Below are positions 1-9,816 of a stretch of 64,000 bases of DNA, in pieces. Every line of letters starts with the position of its first letter. Position 1 is the first letter of the stretch. The stretch covers positions 124,001 to 188,000 of the forward strand of contig AP024664.1 of NCBI GenBank assembly GCA_024346625.1. The letters run 5' to 3'. A program made the translations under genes and the position numbers. A model generated the notes under the pieces. The model worked only from the letters and a program-made list of their open reading frames with translations. It did no database searches and had not been told where the DNA came from. Source of the stretch: Williopsis jadinii (taxonomy: Eukaryota).

Positions 1-544
1 TATCATCGGCAGACAACACCAGTTCAGGCAAAGTTAACTCGTTAACCAGTTTGGAGATATCCTCGTTATTGAAAGATTGTACCATATCAAAGCTGGTGTT
101 ATCTTCAGATTTGTCTAGTTGTTCTTGTTCATCTTCGGGTTCCTCTGCAATGGACATGTGTCTTCTGAACTTTGATGAATTATTTGTGTGAATAGTGGCA
201 ACGCTGTGCTTCCGTAGTTGTGATGCTTCGTCTTTACACTTCAATATCGAATACTGTCTCTTGAATATCTTGTTCCAAATCTTTTCATAGTGGAAGATTT
301 GGATGAGGAATTTGAGGTTCTCTATGCAATGTGACGATTTGATGTAATCTTCAAACTTATCGTATGTGAAATAACCATCTCTCTGGAACCCATGCGCACT
401 CTCAGATGACACCCCTAAGGCACCAGATGAGTATCCACTTTGGCTTAACCGACGCTCAAGCGTCTTGTTCAATTTGGCATAGTAATCTTCACAGCATTGG
501 TTCACAAGACACTCCAATGAGGGCACTTTGTCCCTGTTTGGCAT
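1..544 (-). CDS. RGS2: RGS-domain protein (Rgs2-like GAP for G-alpha), 3' end runs off the window
   Basis: Not in the ORF track. Manual translation from ATG at 544: MPNRDKVPSLECLVNQ...FTYDKFEDYIKSSHCIENLKFLIQIFHYEKIWNKIF..., with the RGS signature F..Y....HC.ENL.F. The frame stays open to position 1. Confidence 0.8.
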   Translation of the reverse strand, partial: MPNRDKVPSLECLVNQCCEDYYAKLNKTLERRLSQSGYSSGALGVSSESAHGFQRDGYFTYDKFEDYIKSSHCIENLKFLIQIFHYEKIWNKIFKRQYSILKCKDEASQLRKHSVATIHTNNSSKFRRHMSIAEEPEDEQEQLDKSEDNTSFDMVQSFNNEDISKLVNELTLPELVLSADD

Positions 545-1961
545 TCTGGTGAAATGTTTGGCAGCTCACGTCGATGTCTCTCACGATCTTGGTCTTCAAC
601 AAGTTGATCAGACGGTGATCAGCTTCGCTCTTCTAAAAAGGTCTTGGATTTACAACCACTTAAATGTGAAACAAGAAGAGAAGACCAAACACTGAAAAAA
701 AAAACAATAAAAAGTCGTCACATATGTGATTTACTGACCACAGTTTCTACGGTTAGTTTATGCAGGAGAAGGACAGGATAAAAAAATAGAAGCAAAAAAA
801 AGAAACGAGATGCATACAGGCAACTCATGGAAACGAAACACTTTTCGCAAATTGGCGAAAACTACATCACAGTTTTAACCAAAAGGGGCACAAAAAAAAG
901 AACGCAAAAACGCAAAAGTGAAATAATTTCAAAATTGTGGGCAAATCTAGTCATCGACACTTCTACACCTTGTGAGTTTACGATATGGAGGGGACATAGG
1001 AGAAAGTGAGGTGTGCATAGCGTTTATCCTTAAGTATTAGTGTATGGTGAGATGCAACAATAGTGGTGGGCTGCTGGTCCCGAAGTGACAATTTTGGGGT
1101 GAAGCGGCAATACAGTAAATAAACGACAAAAGAAGCAGTTACAACCAAAGCGCTTAAAGGTCGTTGACATTGCGCGCTTGTTCTATGCCACACGTCAACG
1201 TCTGTCGGTTTCCACAAGATCAGCATGTTCCTTGTTCCGTAAAAAATTGTCACACCAAACAAGACAAACTCTAAAATATCGAACGATAAAAGCAACACAG
1301 AAGTGCGAAACAGAGTTTCCGGCTCGCTGCTTTTCTCGCCAAGTTTGCGGCTAGGAACAGGCTTCTAGAAGAGTTAGAATTCCAATTCTCCACGCATGAC
1401 TTTTTCTCTTATTATATGAAAGCCTCTCCTGTGTCTTCTCCTGCTTTTTGCGTATTTTTTAGCGTGTGTTGCAGTGTGTTTGAGTCTATGCAAGTGTGTT
1501 CTCAACACCAAGCAGAGTTCTAACCCCCCCCCTTTCAAAAACTGTTACAGCTGGTTGCGCACCTGATTCATGCTCCCGGTTATCAACATGATTACGTTGT
1601 ATAACTTCAGTGTGAGTGCAAAGCTTTGGTTGTTGGGAAACCGTTTCATACCCGACATTGTTTCATTCATTGAGGCTTAAACCGATTGGTCCCGGTATCT
1701 CCAATGCATACCAACAACCCTACCAATAGCAATGACTATTTTACGTACATACGCCCAGCAGATACACAAGTCGCATGAACAACAACAAAGAATGCTGGAG
1801 AAGTTGTTACGCGCCCAAAGAGTTAAATTAATGTTAAAACACGCCATGTAACTGTCACAACACCATGTGTTGATACGCAAGGCTTGTCAATTACGCAACT
1901 TAAAAGTCTCTCCGCAGATCTACGCTCAAGCGCTACATGTCCATATGGAAATTGGTCTTGA

Positions 1962-3380
1962 TCACAGTAAAAATGCGGTTCTAACGGCGACCACTTCCTC
2001 CTCCTCGTGTAAATCTTCGTGATCATCAATGTCAGACAACTCTATTTGGTGATCAAGCAACTCTACTTGGTCATCGACAATCTCATCTCTTTTATCATGA
2101 AAACGTCTCCGATGGATAGGTCTGTGCGTATTATAAACACGTGTCTGCGGAGCCCACCAAGGTCTCGGTTCATCTCTTGTCTCGTACCAATACGGCAGGC
2201 AGCTCTCGAAACTGCCCCAGTTGAAGTCCTTTGAAAGCTCACAGGTGCACCGGAGCTCAATTCTCTTTTCGCCGTCACGTGGACACTGGGAATTCGGAAC
2301 ATGGTAATAGCCGGTGTTGTCGAAATAAAACACCTCCTTCTGATCCAGCATGTAGGAGACAGCTAGTGTGTGCACTGGAGCGTCTCCCCATCTTTCGTAA
2401 AAGAACCCTCCGGATTCTTCCAAATGGTTGAAATAGTCGTTGTATTCCTTGGATCTTAACCAATCGAGGTCTCCAAGTTCAAAATTTGACCAGTAATGGC
2501 ACATGTTAAAGGACTCCTCGTTATCCTGACTGATGAATTCAATTTGATTGTTCTCGTTGATATATTCAGGGTGTAAATCTCTAAAGAATTTTTTCGTTTC
2601 ACTGAATAGCCCATCCACAGTGGCTGGCAGTTCGTGTAGAGTCATTGTGAACCCGTACTTTAGCTTGTTCTCTCTCATATGTTTGAAGTAATCAAAATCC
2701 AAATCACAATTGAACTTGATATCCGGCTCAACTCGCCAGTAGTACTTGTACTTGGCCAGTGCATCTAGCTTGTAAAAAAATCCAGAATTGAAGCGGCACA
2801 TAAACCTATAGCTCTCCGAACCACCGTATATGATACCATGCTTTTCCATCCTTTCACGAGTCTCTAGTGCCTTCTTTTGATCAATGTGTGGAGGATAAGA
2901 CCACATCTCCTTTGGAATCGTCACAAAGGTTGCTTCACCGCTAACCAAGTGGGAAACCTCCAACTTGAAGTTCTCATCGAACTCCTCGTCGTTGGCAAAG
3001 ACCCATGGATAATGGTATCTCCAGTTGAACCTGCTCTCAACGTACTCTATGGACTGTAGCAGGGAGTATAGCTCTTGGTTTCGAGCCAGGGTAAAGAACG
3101 TGGCATTCTCAAGGGGGTAATCGTCCCCCATGCCCGCTAGCTCGCCATACTGTCTAAAGTCAGATAGGTTCTTCTCCGGTATGATGCGGAACTCGGTGTA
3201 GTTCTCCTTCGTGTAGTGATGGTTAGGGTACAGGATCTGTAGCACCTTCAGCTCTAGTGCCTCCTGTATATAGCTAACAGCGGCTCGATGCCGGTTTGTC
3301 CGTATCATGAACCCGGTCCAGGAGATCACCAGGAGCGCTGAGAAGCCGAGAATGAGACCTCGAGTACGTCCACGTACCAT
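1962..3380 (-). CDS. Alpha-1,2-mannosyltransferase, GT15 (KRE2/KTR family), type II membrane protein
   Basis: Intact motifs ENATFFTLARN, YGGSESYRFMCRFNSGFF, YYWRVEPD, CHYWSNFE, YERWGDAPVH. First ATG at 3380 (MVRGRTRG) precedes a single TM helix. Confidence 0.93.
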   Translation of the reverse strand: MVRGRTRGLILGFSALLVISWTGFMIRTNRHRAAVSYIQEALELKVLQILYPNHHYTKENYTEFRIIPEKNLSDFRQYGELAGMGDDYPLENATFFTLARNQELYSLLQSIEYVESRFNWRYHYPWVFANDEEFDENFKLEVSHLVSGEATFVTIPKEMWSYPPHIDQKKALETRERMEKHGIIYGGSESYRFMCRFNSGFFYKLDALAKYKYYWRVEPDIKFNCDLDFDYFKHMRENKLKYGFTMTLHELPATVDGLFSETKKFFRDLHPEYINENNQIEFISQDNEESFNMCHYWSNFELGDLDWLRSKEYNDYFNHLEESGGFFYERWGDAPVHTLAVSYMLDQKEVFYFDNTGYYHVPNSQCPRDGEKRIELRCTCELSKDFNWGSFESCLPYWYETRDEPRPWWAPQTRVYNTHRPIHRRRFHDKRDEIVDDQVELLDHQIELSDIDDHEDLHEEEEVVAVRTAFLL

Positions 3381-4262
3381 CGCTATGTCCTGCCAGAGTA
3401 CGTTCAATAAGACCGGGACTGCTAAGCAAGAGTACGAGTGTTGAGCAAGAGACCAAGCGCTGAGCGAACCTCCGCTGTCAAGTGTATTTATCCGGCCCTC
3501 TTCACAGGCAAAGGTGGAATCAAACCAGTGAACTAATACCCATGAGGGCTCAATGTTGTTTATACATAACACCGAGCTTTCAAAATGGTGTAGCGCTTAG
3601 GCTGGCGATCGGAGTGTGTCTTTATCAATTGGATTGCCGGTTTAGTCCGCTTTTACGCTCTCAGACACGTCTAGACGGAAATATTCCGGTGTGGGCGCCT
3701 ATACAGCTGTTGCTACAGCTATCGTTCACTTCCTCAACATGATATACACGGTTTTATACGGTTTAGGAGCTGGCTCCCGGGGGAGGGGGTTCTTGTGTTG
3801 CCGTGGTTCCCAAGTGCTGCTCGCTAAAGGGAACGTTTAATAGAGAAAAGTAACCACGGAAACGAATATTCGCTGGTACGGGCACGTGCATTATATCATC
3901 GCTATCTCTGGTTACATCGCTTGCACAGTTCACTCTGTCGTTGTACATTGGCATACCCAATTGCACCAATACAGGCTCTGCTTCACTGTAGAGGCCCTCT
4001 TGGTATGTATGGGTATCAGTGCTGCTTAAATCAAGAATTTTTGTATGGTTTTAGGTACTTTCTCCTGCTATCTGTTCCAGCTACTTAGTCTCAATCAGCA
4101 GCTTGGACAGGATGAGTGTATTAGGTTAATTGATGAGAGGAATACCACCATCCACCCGATTTCAAGCGTATAAAAACAATAGTAAAGTTGTCCCCAGTGT
4201 ACTCCTGAAAGCTCTTAGATGATTTCACCCTTGTATATCGGGCTTAGCTCCTGGAACACTTC

Positions 4263-5438
4263 ATGACCAGCTTTTCCAAACCAGCAATGATGACTTTACG
4301 CTCTTTGTTAAAGCTCACAGCTATGGTGCCGTCATGTCTGGCATCCCTCGCTGTTTACTGGGGACAGGCTGAGAGTGACAAGGAGCAGACAGACCTGCTC
4401 TTCTATTGCTCATCTCAAGCTGTTGACACTATAAACTTGGCCTTTGTTTCCAGGTTCGGCCAAAAGCACATCGACCAGGACAACAGCGATGGGTTTGTCC
4501 TGAACTTGTCAAGCATGTGCACGCAGTACAATGATTATCGTTATTCCTGTCCCAAGGTGAATAGGGACATCAAAGAGTGCCAAAAACTGGGTAAGAAGAT
4601 TGTCATTTCAATCGGAGGTGAGGACAATTCCAATGAGAAGTATGGCTTCATCGACGATAATGAAGCAAAACGCTTTGCGCATATCCTTTGGGACCATTTT
4701 GCAGAAGGCCATTCAGCAAATAGACCCTTTGGAGACGCCATTGTCGATGGCTTCGACTTTGATATTGAAACTAGGGATCAGACTGGCTATTTGGAGCTGG
4801 CCAATGAGCTGAAGAGTATAGTGGAACTCAACGGAACCAAGGACTATCTCTTTACAGCTGCACCTCAATGTGGGTTGAACGAACGTGACATGGAGCAGCT
4901 GCTGGATAACTTTGAAATGGATAGGCTATACATTCAGTTCTACAACAACAAGGATTGTGAATTACTGTCTGATGGCTTTAACTACTACGATTGGGCAAAT
5001 GAAGTGATTTCCAGAGGTCATTCCAGTACAAAGCTATACATCGGATTACCTTCAGCTTCTAAGGCTGCTTCGTCAGGATTCATAAAAGATGTGGGTCGAT
5101 TACAGGACGTTTGTAAAGACATTCTTGCTGATAGTCGAGTTAATGAAACCTTTGGTGGACTGATGTTTTGGGATGCAAGTCGTGGATTTGACCTCTATGA
5201 AAGGGACTCTCGAGATTCCAGCTATATCTTCCGTGCTTGGTCTGCTCTCAATGCGTTGTTTGGAGAAGGTCTAGGCTCTGGTGTGACGATGACCAACGAT
5301 ACAGGTGGACAAACTGTAGACAATGGTTCATCCACCACTTCTACACGGAACGGAGCAGGGTTTATTGTGAGACAAAATGTATACGCATCTTTTAGTTACT
5401 TGCTTATTTTGATCTCATTCATATTCCAGTTGATTTAA
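4263..5438 (+). CDS. GH18 class III chitinase (Cts1/Cht-like), secreted, probably GPI-anchored
   Basis: LAVYWGQ, SIGG, RPFGDAIVDGFDFDIE (catalytic DxDxE intact), TAAPQC, IQFYNN, GGLMFWDAS. It has an N-terminal signal peptide (true start may be Met9/10) and a short S/T-rich linker with a hydrophobic C-terminus. Confidence 0.92.
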   Translation: MTSFSKPAMMTLRSLLKLTAMVPSCLASLAVYWGQAESDKEQTDLLFYCSSQAVDTINLAFVSRFGQKHIDQDNSDGFVLNLSSMCTQYNDYRYSCPKVNRDIKECQKLGKKIVISIGGEDNSNEKYGFIDDNEAKRFAHILWDHFAEGHSANRPFGDAIVDGFDFDIETRDQTGYLELANELKSIVELNGTKDYLFTAAPQCGLNERDMEQLLDNFEMDRLYIQFYNNKDCELLSDGFNYYDWANEVISRGHSSTKLYIGLPSASKAASSGFIKDVGRLQDVCKDILADSRVNETFGGLMFWDASRGFDLYERDSRDSSYIFRAWSALNALFGEGLGSGVTMTNDTGGQTVDNGSSTTSTRNGAGFIVRQNVYASFSYLLILISFIFQLI

Positions 5439-5542
5439 ATGGGTTAATTCTAATATTACCAACCATCTTTCAACTATTACTGTACTCTTTTCGAATCCTC
5501 TTTGTCTCCCTCGCTTATTGTATCAATCACAATTCCATCTCT

Positions 5543-6868
5543 TTACTTGGTTGGTTCCAAACAATTTTGGGTATTACAATTGAGAGCATTGTCTATGATA
5601 CAGTTTCCATTATTTGATCCATAAGGTGCAACACCACCTTCTCCGTTGACGGACGAGGTTGTTGTGGAGCCCAGTGCATCTGATGAGGCTTGTCTTGTGA
5701 ATTTCCCCGACGCAATCTTGGTGAACTGTTGATAAACCTCTGCAGAGATGTGATCCTTACCTGTAAACTCTGGCTGCACTGTAGCAGAGTGGATACCATA
5801 GTTGTGTAAGATTGCACGAATCTCAGAAGCAATCACCAAGAACACTTCTGGATTTGAGTCCACTTCTACGTGCAACGAAGCGATGAAGATATCCTCCGTC
5901 AAGTTCCAAATGTGGAAGTCGTGTACAGATTTGACACCTTCCAAGTTCAGAATATCTCTTTGGACCTCATCAGCAGATACGTCTGTTGGTGTGGCTTGAA
6001 GCAAGATTCTTGATGCTCTACGGCACAGAGGTAGCGCAGAGGAGAAGATGATTGCAGTGATGAGAAGAGAGACAAGAGGATCCGCATAGTACTTCCAGGA
6101 ATAATCCGTTTTCCAGATGAAGAGAGCAGTGACGATAACACCCACGTTACCAAGGGCATCGCCCAGTACGTGGAGGAAGACACCGTGCATGTTCAAGGAC
6201 TTTCTCTTCTTCTGCGGCTTCAAGTCCTGGTCGTCATTGTGTGAATCTCCGTGCGAGTGTGAGTGTGGCTCGTTTACAGCAGCGGAAGAGGAGGAATGTG
6301 CCTCTTCACGGGCACTGCCACTGCCTGCCAGAAGAGAGGATCTCTCGTCGTATCTCTTCACGACAGTCTCCGGCAGCAAGGCGCCCACAGTGGACTCCTC
6401 GTCAATGTCATGTCCATGAGAATGGGAATGTCCACCATGGCCTCCGCCGCCGTGCGAATGGCCATGTTCGTGGAACAGCACGAGGCCCACGATGTTCGAG
6501 GCCAGTCCTGCGGACCCCACGTACAGGATCAGCTTCGGGTTCGTGACGATGGCTGGAGATATCAATCTCTGGATGGCCTCGATCAGGATGGAGAAACACA
6601 GCGCCAACAGGAACACAGCATTGACCAGCGCACCCAAGATCTCCGCACGCTTCCACCCGTACGTGTAACGGGCATCGGCGTTCTTCGTGGTGGCGACTCT
6701 AACGGCCCACAGAGCAATCACCAGCGAGAAGATATCGTTCAGCATATGGAAGGAATCAGCAATGAGGGCCAAAGAATGCACCGCATAACCCACAATGACC
6801 TCAAGGAGGAAGAAGATGGTATCGATCACCAGCAGCGCGCCAATACGGATCTCTTTACCGGTAGCCAT
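5543..6868 (-). CDS. ZRC1: Vacuolar zinc/cobalt CDF transporter (Zrc1/Cot1 ortholog)
   Basis: SLALIADSFHMLND, His-rich loop, SLNMHGVFLHVLGDALGN, VHDFHIWNL. Confidence 0.96.
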   Translation of the reverse strand: MATGKEIRIGALLVIDTIFFLLEVIVGYAVHSLALIADSFHMLNDIFSLVIALWAVRVATTKNADARYTYGWKRAEILGALVNAVFLLALCFSILIEAIQRLISPAIVTNPKLILYVGSAGLASNIVGLVLFHEHGHSHGGGGHGGHSHSHGHDIDEESTVGALLPETVVKRYDERSSLLAGSGSAREEAHSSSSAAVNEPHSHSHGDSHNDDQDLKPQKKRKSLNMHGVFLHVLGDALGNVGVIVTALFIWKTDYSWKYYADPLVSLLITAIIFSSALPLCRRASRILLQATPTDVSADEVQRDILNLEGVKSVHDFHIWNLTEDIFIASLHVEVDSNPEVFLVIASEIRAILHNYGIHSATVQPEFTGKDHISAEVYQQFTKIASGKFTRQASSDALGSTTTSSVNGEGGVAPYGSNNGNCIIDNALNCNTQNCLEPTK

Positions 6869-7080
6869 GATTCAGTACGGGCTATAAGATCGTCGGTGAT
6901 GGAGCAACAACTAGCAGGCCTTCTTTCTCCACTGCTACTACGGATGAGCTTGCAATGGTTGGTCATAATAACAAAAAGGGGAAGGCAGAGAGGAAGCAAA
7001 AATGTATAAAAATTGTGCTGCAGAGGCGAGCGCTGGAAGGGCTGGGCGGGATTTTTGTGGTTCGCACCAGCAGGGAACCA

Positions 7081-7109
7081 GGCTGGGCTGGGCTGGGCTG
7101 GGCTGGGCT
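7081..7109 (+). repeat. (GGGCT)n pentanucleotide microsatellite with five G3 tracts (G-quadruplex motif)
   Basis: ggctgggctgggctgggctgggctgggct, about 220 bp upstream of the ZRC1 ATG. Confidence 0.85.
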
Positions 7110-7531
7110 CTGCGGGCAGCTAGGCAGAGCGCCCAGCCGGGGACTCTGGGCTCAGCACAGCTCCAGGCGGACTTAGGCAGAAGCAGAGCGGTGACGGGCC
7201 TTCAACACAACGGCCCGTCCAGGCAGGAAGTGGGCATTGGAAGCTTTAGGCTGGAGAGAAGCCCATTGAACTTTGGCAGAGACAAAACAAAGCGAGCTGA
7301 TTGGACGCGGGAATGTTGTTTGCGCACACTCGTTGAGTGATTTCGACCAATCAAATGGCCTCAAAGGACCTGCCTGTATCCACTGGTTTTTTGTTGGCTA
7401 CTTCTGACCTCAAATGACTACACAGTTTGTAACATATGGACGGCACTGTCCTGATAATTGGTGCTAATTAGGGCTACAAGGCCACACGAGACGAGAGAAC
7501 GGGCCTGTGCATGTGGATTGATGCCGGTAAC

Positions 7532-7591
7532 TCAACTCTGACACCTTGTTGGTTGTCGGTGATTCAACTCTGACACCTTGTTGGTTGTCGG
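7532..7591. repeat. Perfect 28-bp direct repeat x2 (period 32), each copy carrying a ZRE-like element
   Basis: TCAACTCTGACACCTTGTTGGTTGTCGG at 7532-7559 and 7564-7591. Confidence 0.9.
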
Positions 7592-7624
7592 GGAACCAAT
7601 TTTAAATTCTTGTACCTTGATGGT
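7543..7624. promoter_or_regulatory. Three Zap1 zinc-responsive-element-like sites upstream of ZRC1
   Basis: ACCTTGTTGGT (7543, 7575) and ACCTTGATGGT (7614), compared with the ZRE consensus ACCTTNAAGGT. Confidence 0.55.
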
Positions 7625-7930
7625 TATGTACGGTATCTTTTTTTTAGCTGGCTGGCTTGCGAGGTCTGTTGGTACAATGGGAGCACTGTGCTGATGAGCT
7701 GTGCTGATGAGCTGTGCTTCAGTGTTGTGAGTAGGGAACAATCTTCATCTCATCCTCGTAGAGACGGCGTTGGTTGTCTGTAGATGCGCATTGGTTTGCT
7801 CGTAGAGGCTTGGCTCGTGTGAAATAACAATGCAATGGCTCACGTTGGTGCCCTGGAAGGTGCTTACTACAATGATGGCTACGCAGCCACGTCTCCGTTG
7901 TATAAGATGTTAGTGATAAAATGTCTTAAT

Positions 7931-9109
7931 CTACCATTCCAATTCGCTTGCCCATCTAACTCCTTTCTTCCCGCGCCTCGAGGGCACTGCTGTAGAAGCA
8001 TCAACGTCGTCGTTACTGTCCCCATCGTACGGCTTTATCACTTTGGACGGTGAATCGCAGTACTTTTTGTACTGCTCTTGAGAATAGAACCCAATTGTCG
8101 AGCCCTTCTTATCCCTGGACCCTCCTTTAACCGTGTATCCTCGCACAAGGGCCACCTTTGCATTCTTTGTGGATTTCCGAGCTCCTAGCATTGCGATCTG
8201 TACGAGCTCGTCGCTCCTCTTCGGTAGTTCTACTCCGAGGTCACCGTTAACGGAGTTCAACGCAGTGGCATATCGAGTTGCCTCCGTCAGCAGCCCGCTC
8301 TTACAATCAACAACAAGGTTGACATTTGCAGACCCAGGTTCGCAGTCATGGGCACGTCCATATTCGGACTTTAACGCTGGCCGAAGTGGGACATCAACTT
8401 GTTTTGGTTGGCACTTGAGCCTATGTGAATCCACATCTATATCTTGGAGACGCTTGGAACGGCGTCTCAGAACTTCATTTGTTGCCATACTCATCAGTAC
8501 CGGGATCTTGGAAGGGATTTGAGAATGCTCCACCATTTTCTGTGCCATGGGCGATAGTGTGTCAAACTGTGAACTTTGCGATCTTGTTCTCTTGCAGATA
8601 CTGTTCTCCAACTCTTCAGGTGGTTCCTCCGCCTTTCTCTTCTCTGGGGTAGAGAGTATATGCTCGTCTTCAATGATGTTAGAGCCGTTAATTCTTTCGG
8701 GAAACAGTGGAAACTCCTCGATTTCTTCGCTCTGGTCCCTGCTGTCGTCTGTTGAAGAATCGGATACGTCGATAATGTCTTCTTCTTCTTCTTCTTCTTC
8801 TTCTTCCTCAGCATCCCCCGGTTTCAGTACTCGTTCAAGTTGTTTCGAAGTGAAAGGCTTCTCAGGTGAAGAGTCTAATTTCAATGCATTCATTATATTC
8901 ACCGCGTCTGCACTCGTATTCACTTGGTCTTCCTTATCAGTCCCATCTTCCCCGGTATCTACCGGAGTTGACGCATCGATTTGCGCTTCCTTCACCTCGT
9001 TCTGTAGAGGAGACTCCTCAGTCCGCAGACTGTTCAGTATCAGCTGTTCACCAGCGTAATCATAGGCATCGGGCATCGGTAATGAAAGGTTCAAGTGCGA
9101 TTCAAGCAT
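7931..9109 (-). CDS. SFG1: Sfg1-like nuclear protein
   Basis: C-terminal blocks VNLVVDCKSGLLTEATRYATALNS, ALVRGY and KKGVRWASELEW match my recollection of the Sfg1 C-terminal motifs. It occupies the syntenic slot between COT1/ZRC1 and SPS4. Confidence 0.75.
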   Translation of the reverse strand: MLESHLNLSLPMPDAYDYAGEQLILNSLRTEESPLQNEVKEAQIDASTPVDTGEDGTDKEDQVNTSADAVNIMNALKLDSSPEKPFTSKQLERVLKPGDAEEEEEEEEEEDIIDVSDSSTDDSRDQSEEIEEFPLFPERINGSNIIEDEHILSTPEKRKAEEPPEELENSICKRTRSQSSQFDTLSPMAQKMVEHSQIPSKIPVLMSMATNEVLRRRSKRLQDIDVDSHRLKCQPKQVDVPLRPALKSEYGRAHDCEPGSANVNLVVDCKSGLLTEATRYATALNSVNGDLGVELPKRSDELVQIAMLGARKSTKNAKVALVRGYTVKGGSRDKKGSTIGFYSQEQYKKYCDSPSKVIKPYDGDSNDDVDASTAVPSRRGKKGVRWASELEW

Positions 9110-9430
9110 GGGAGTGGTAATACGGGTAGCAAAGAACGTCAGTGCACGCCTATCAAAGGATCAATATACCCAAGTCCCAAGGAAGATACAACAGCGTGGT
9201 GGTCTAGAACAGTATACGATAACAGTTACAAGCAACCTCGCTCAGAGTCTCCACAGACTTACACGGACTTGCAACCAAATGGAGATCAAAGGTGGAAACC
9301 TGTTTATGCTTCGAGACAAAAAGTAAACAAAGGAAATGAAAAGAAAAGAGGGAAAAACAAATGGGAAAAAGATTTTTGTACTGTTGTTGCCCTGGTGAGG
9401 CGCCGTGACGGGTTCTCCATGACAATAATG

Positions 9431-9480
9431 AATTCCGACATGTTCCGATATGTTCCGACCTGCTCCGACATTTTCCGACC
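9431..9480. repeat. Five degenerate 10-bp tandem units (NNYTCCGAYM) in the SFG1-SPS4 divergent promoter
   Basis: aattccgaca tgttccgata tgttccgacc tgctccgaca ttttccgacc. Confidence 0.8.
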
Positions 9481-9583
9481 TGTTGCCCCCTCGGAATTTG
9501 CTGTACCTTTTCCATGAGGAAAATTGTAACCATGACAACAAAGTGGTTACGTACATGACACTGCGTTATTCACAAAAGGAGTC

Positions 9584-9679
9584 CTTTGTGTCATTTTTGT
9601 TTGTGTGTTGTGGTTGTTTACTCATAAGCTCCTTCCTCCTTCTGTTGAGTTAACTGTTATTGTGAGATGTGACACAAAG
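9584..9679. promoter_or_regulatory. Middle sporulation element (Ndt80/Sum1)-like sites upstream of SPS4
   Basis: TGACACAAAG on minus (9584-9593) and plus (9670-9679); TATATAAA at 9781. Confidence 0.6.
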
Positions 9680-9816
9680 TTGACGAGAGATATGGGAAGG
9701 CCTCGATCACAACAACCTTGCAATTGTCCTATTCACACCATTGCACTGTAAAAGGACCATACCAATCCACTACAAAACGCTATATAAACACACGTATCAA
9801 CTCTCAAAATTGCACA

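Noticed and set aside
600..1960. Short ORFs between RGS2 and the KTR gene
   Set aside because: A-rich promoter/UTR-like composition with no recognisable protein features.
6263..7009. 248-aa plus-strand ORF
   Set aside because: Antisense shadow of GC3-rich ZRC1 with no recognisable motifs.
7532..7591. CRISPR-like repeat
   Set aside because: Only two units with a 4-nt spacer in a eukaryotic promoter; a simple tandem duplication.
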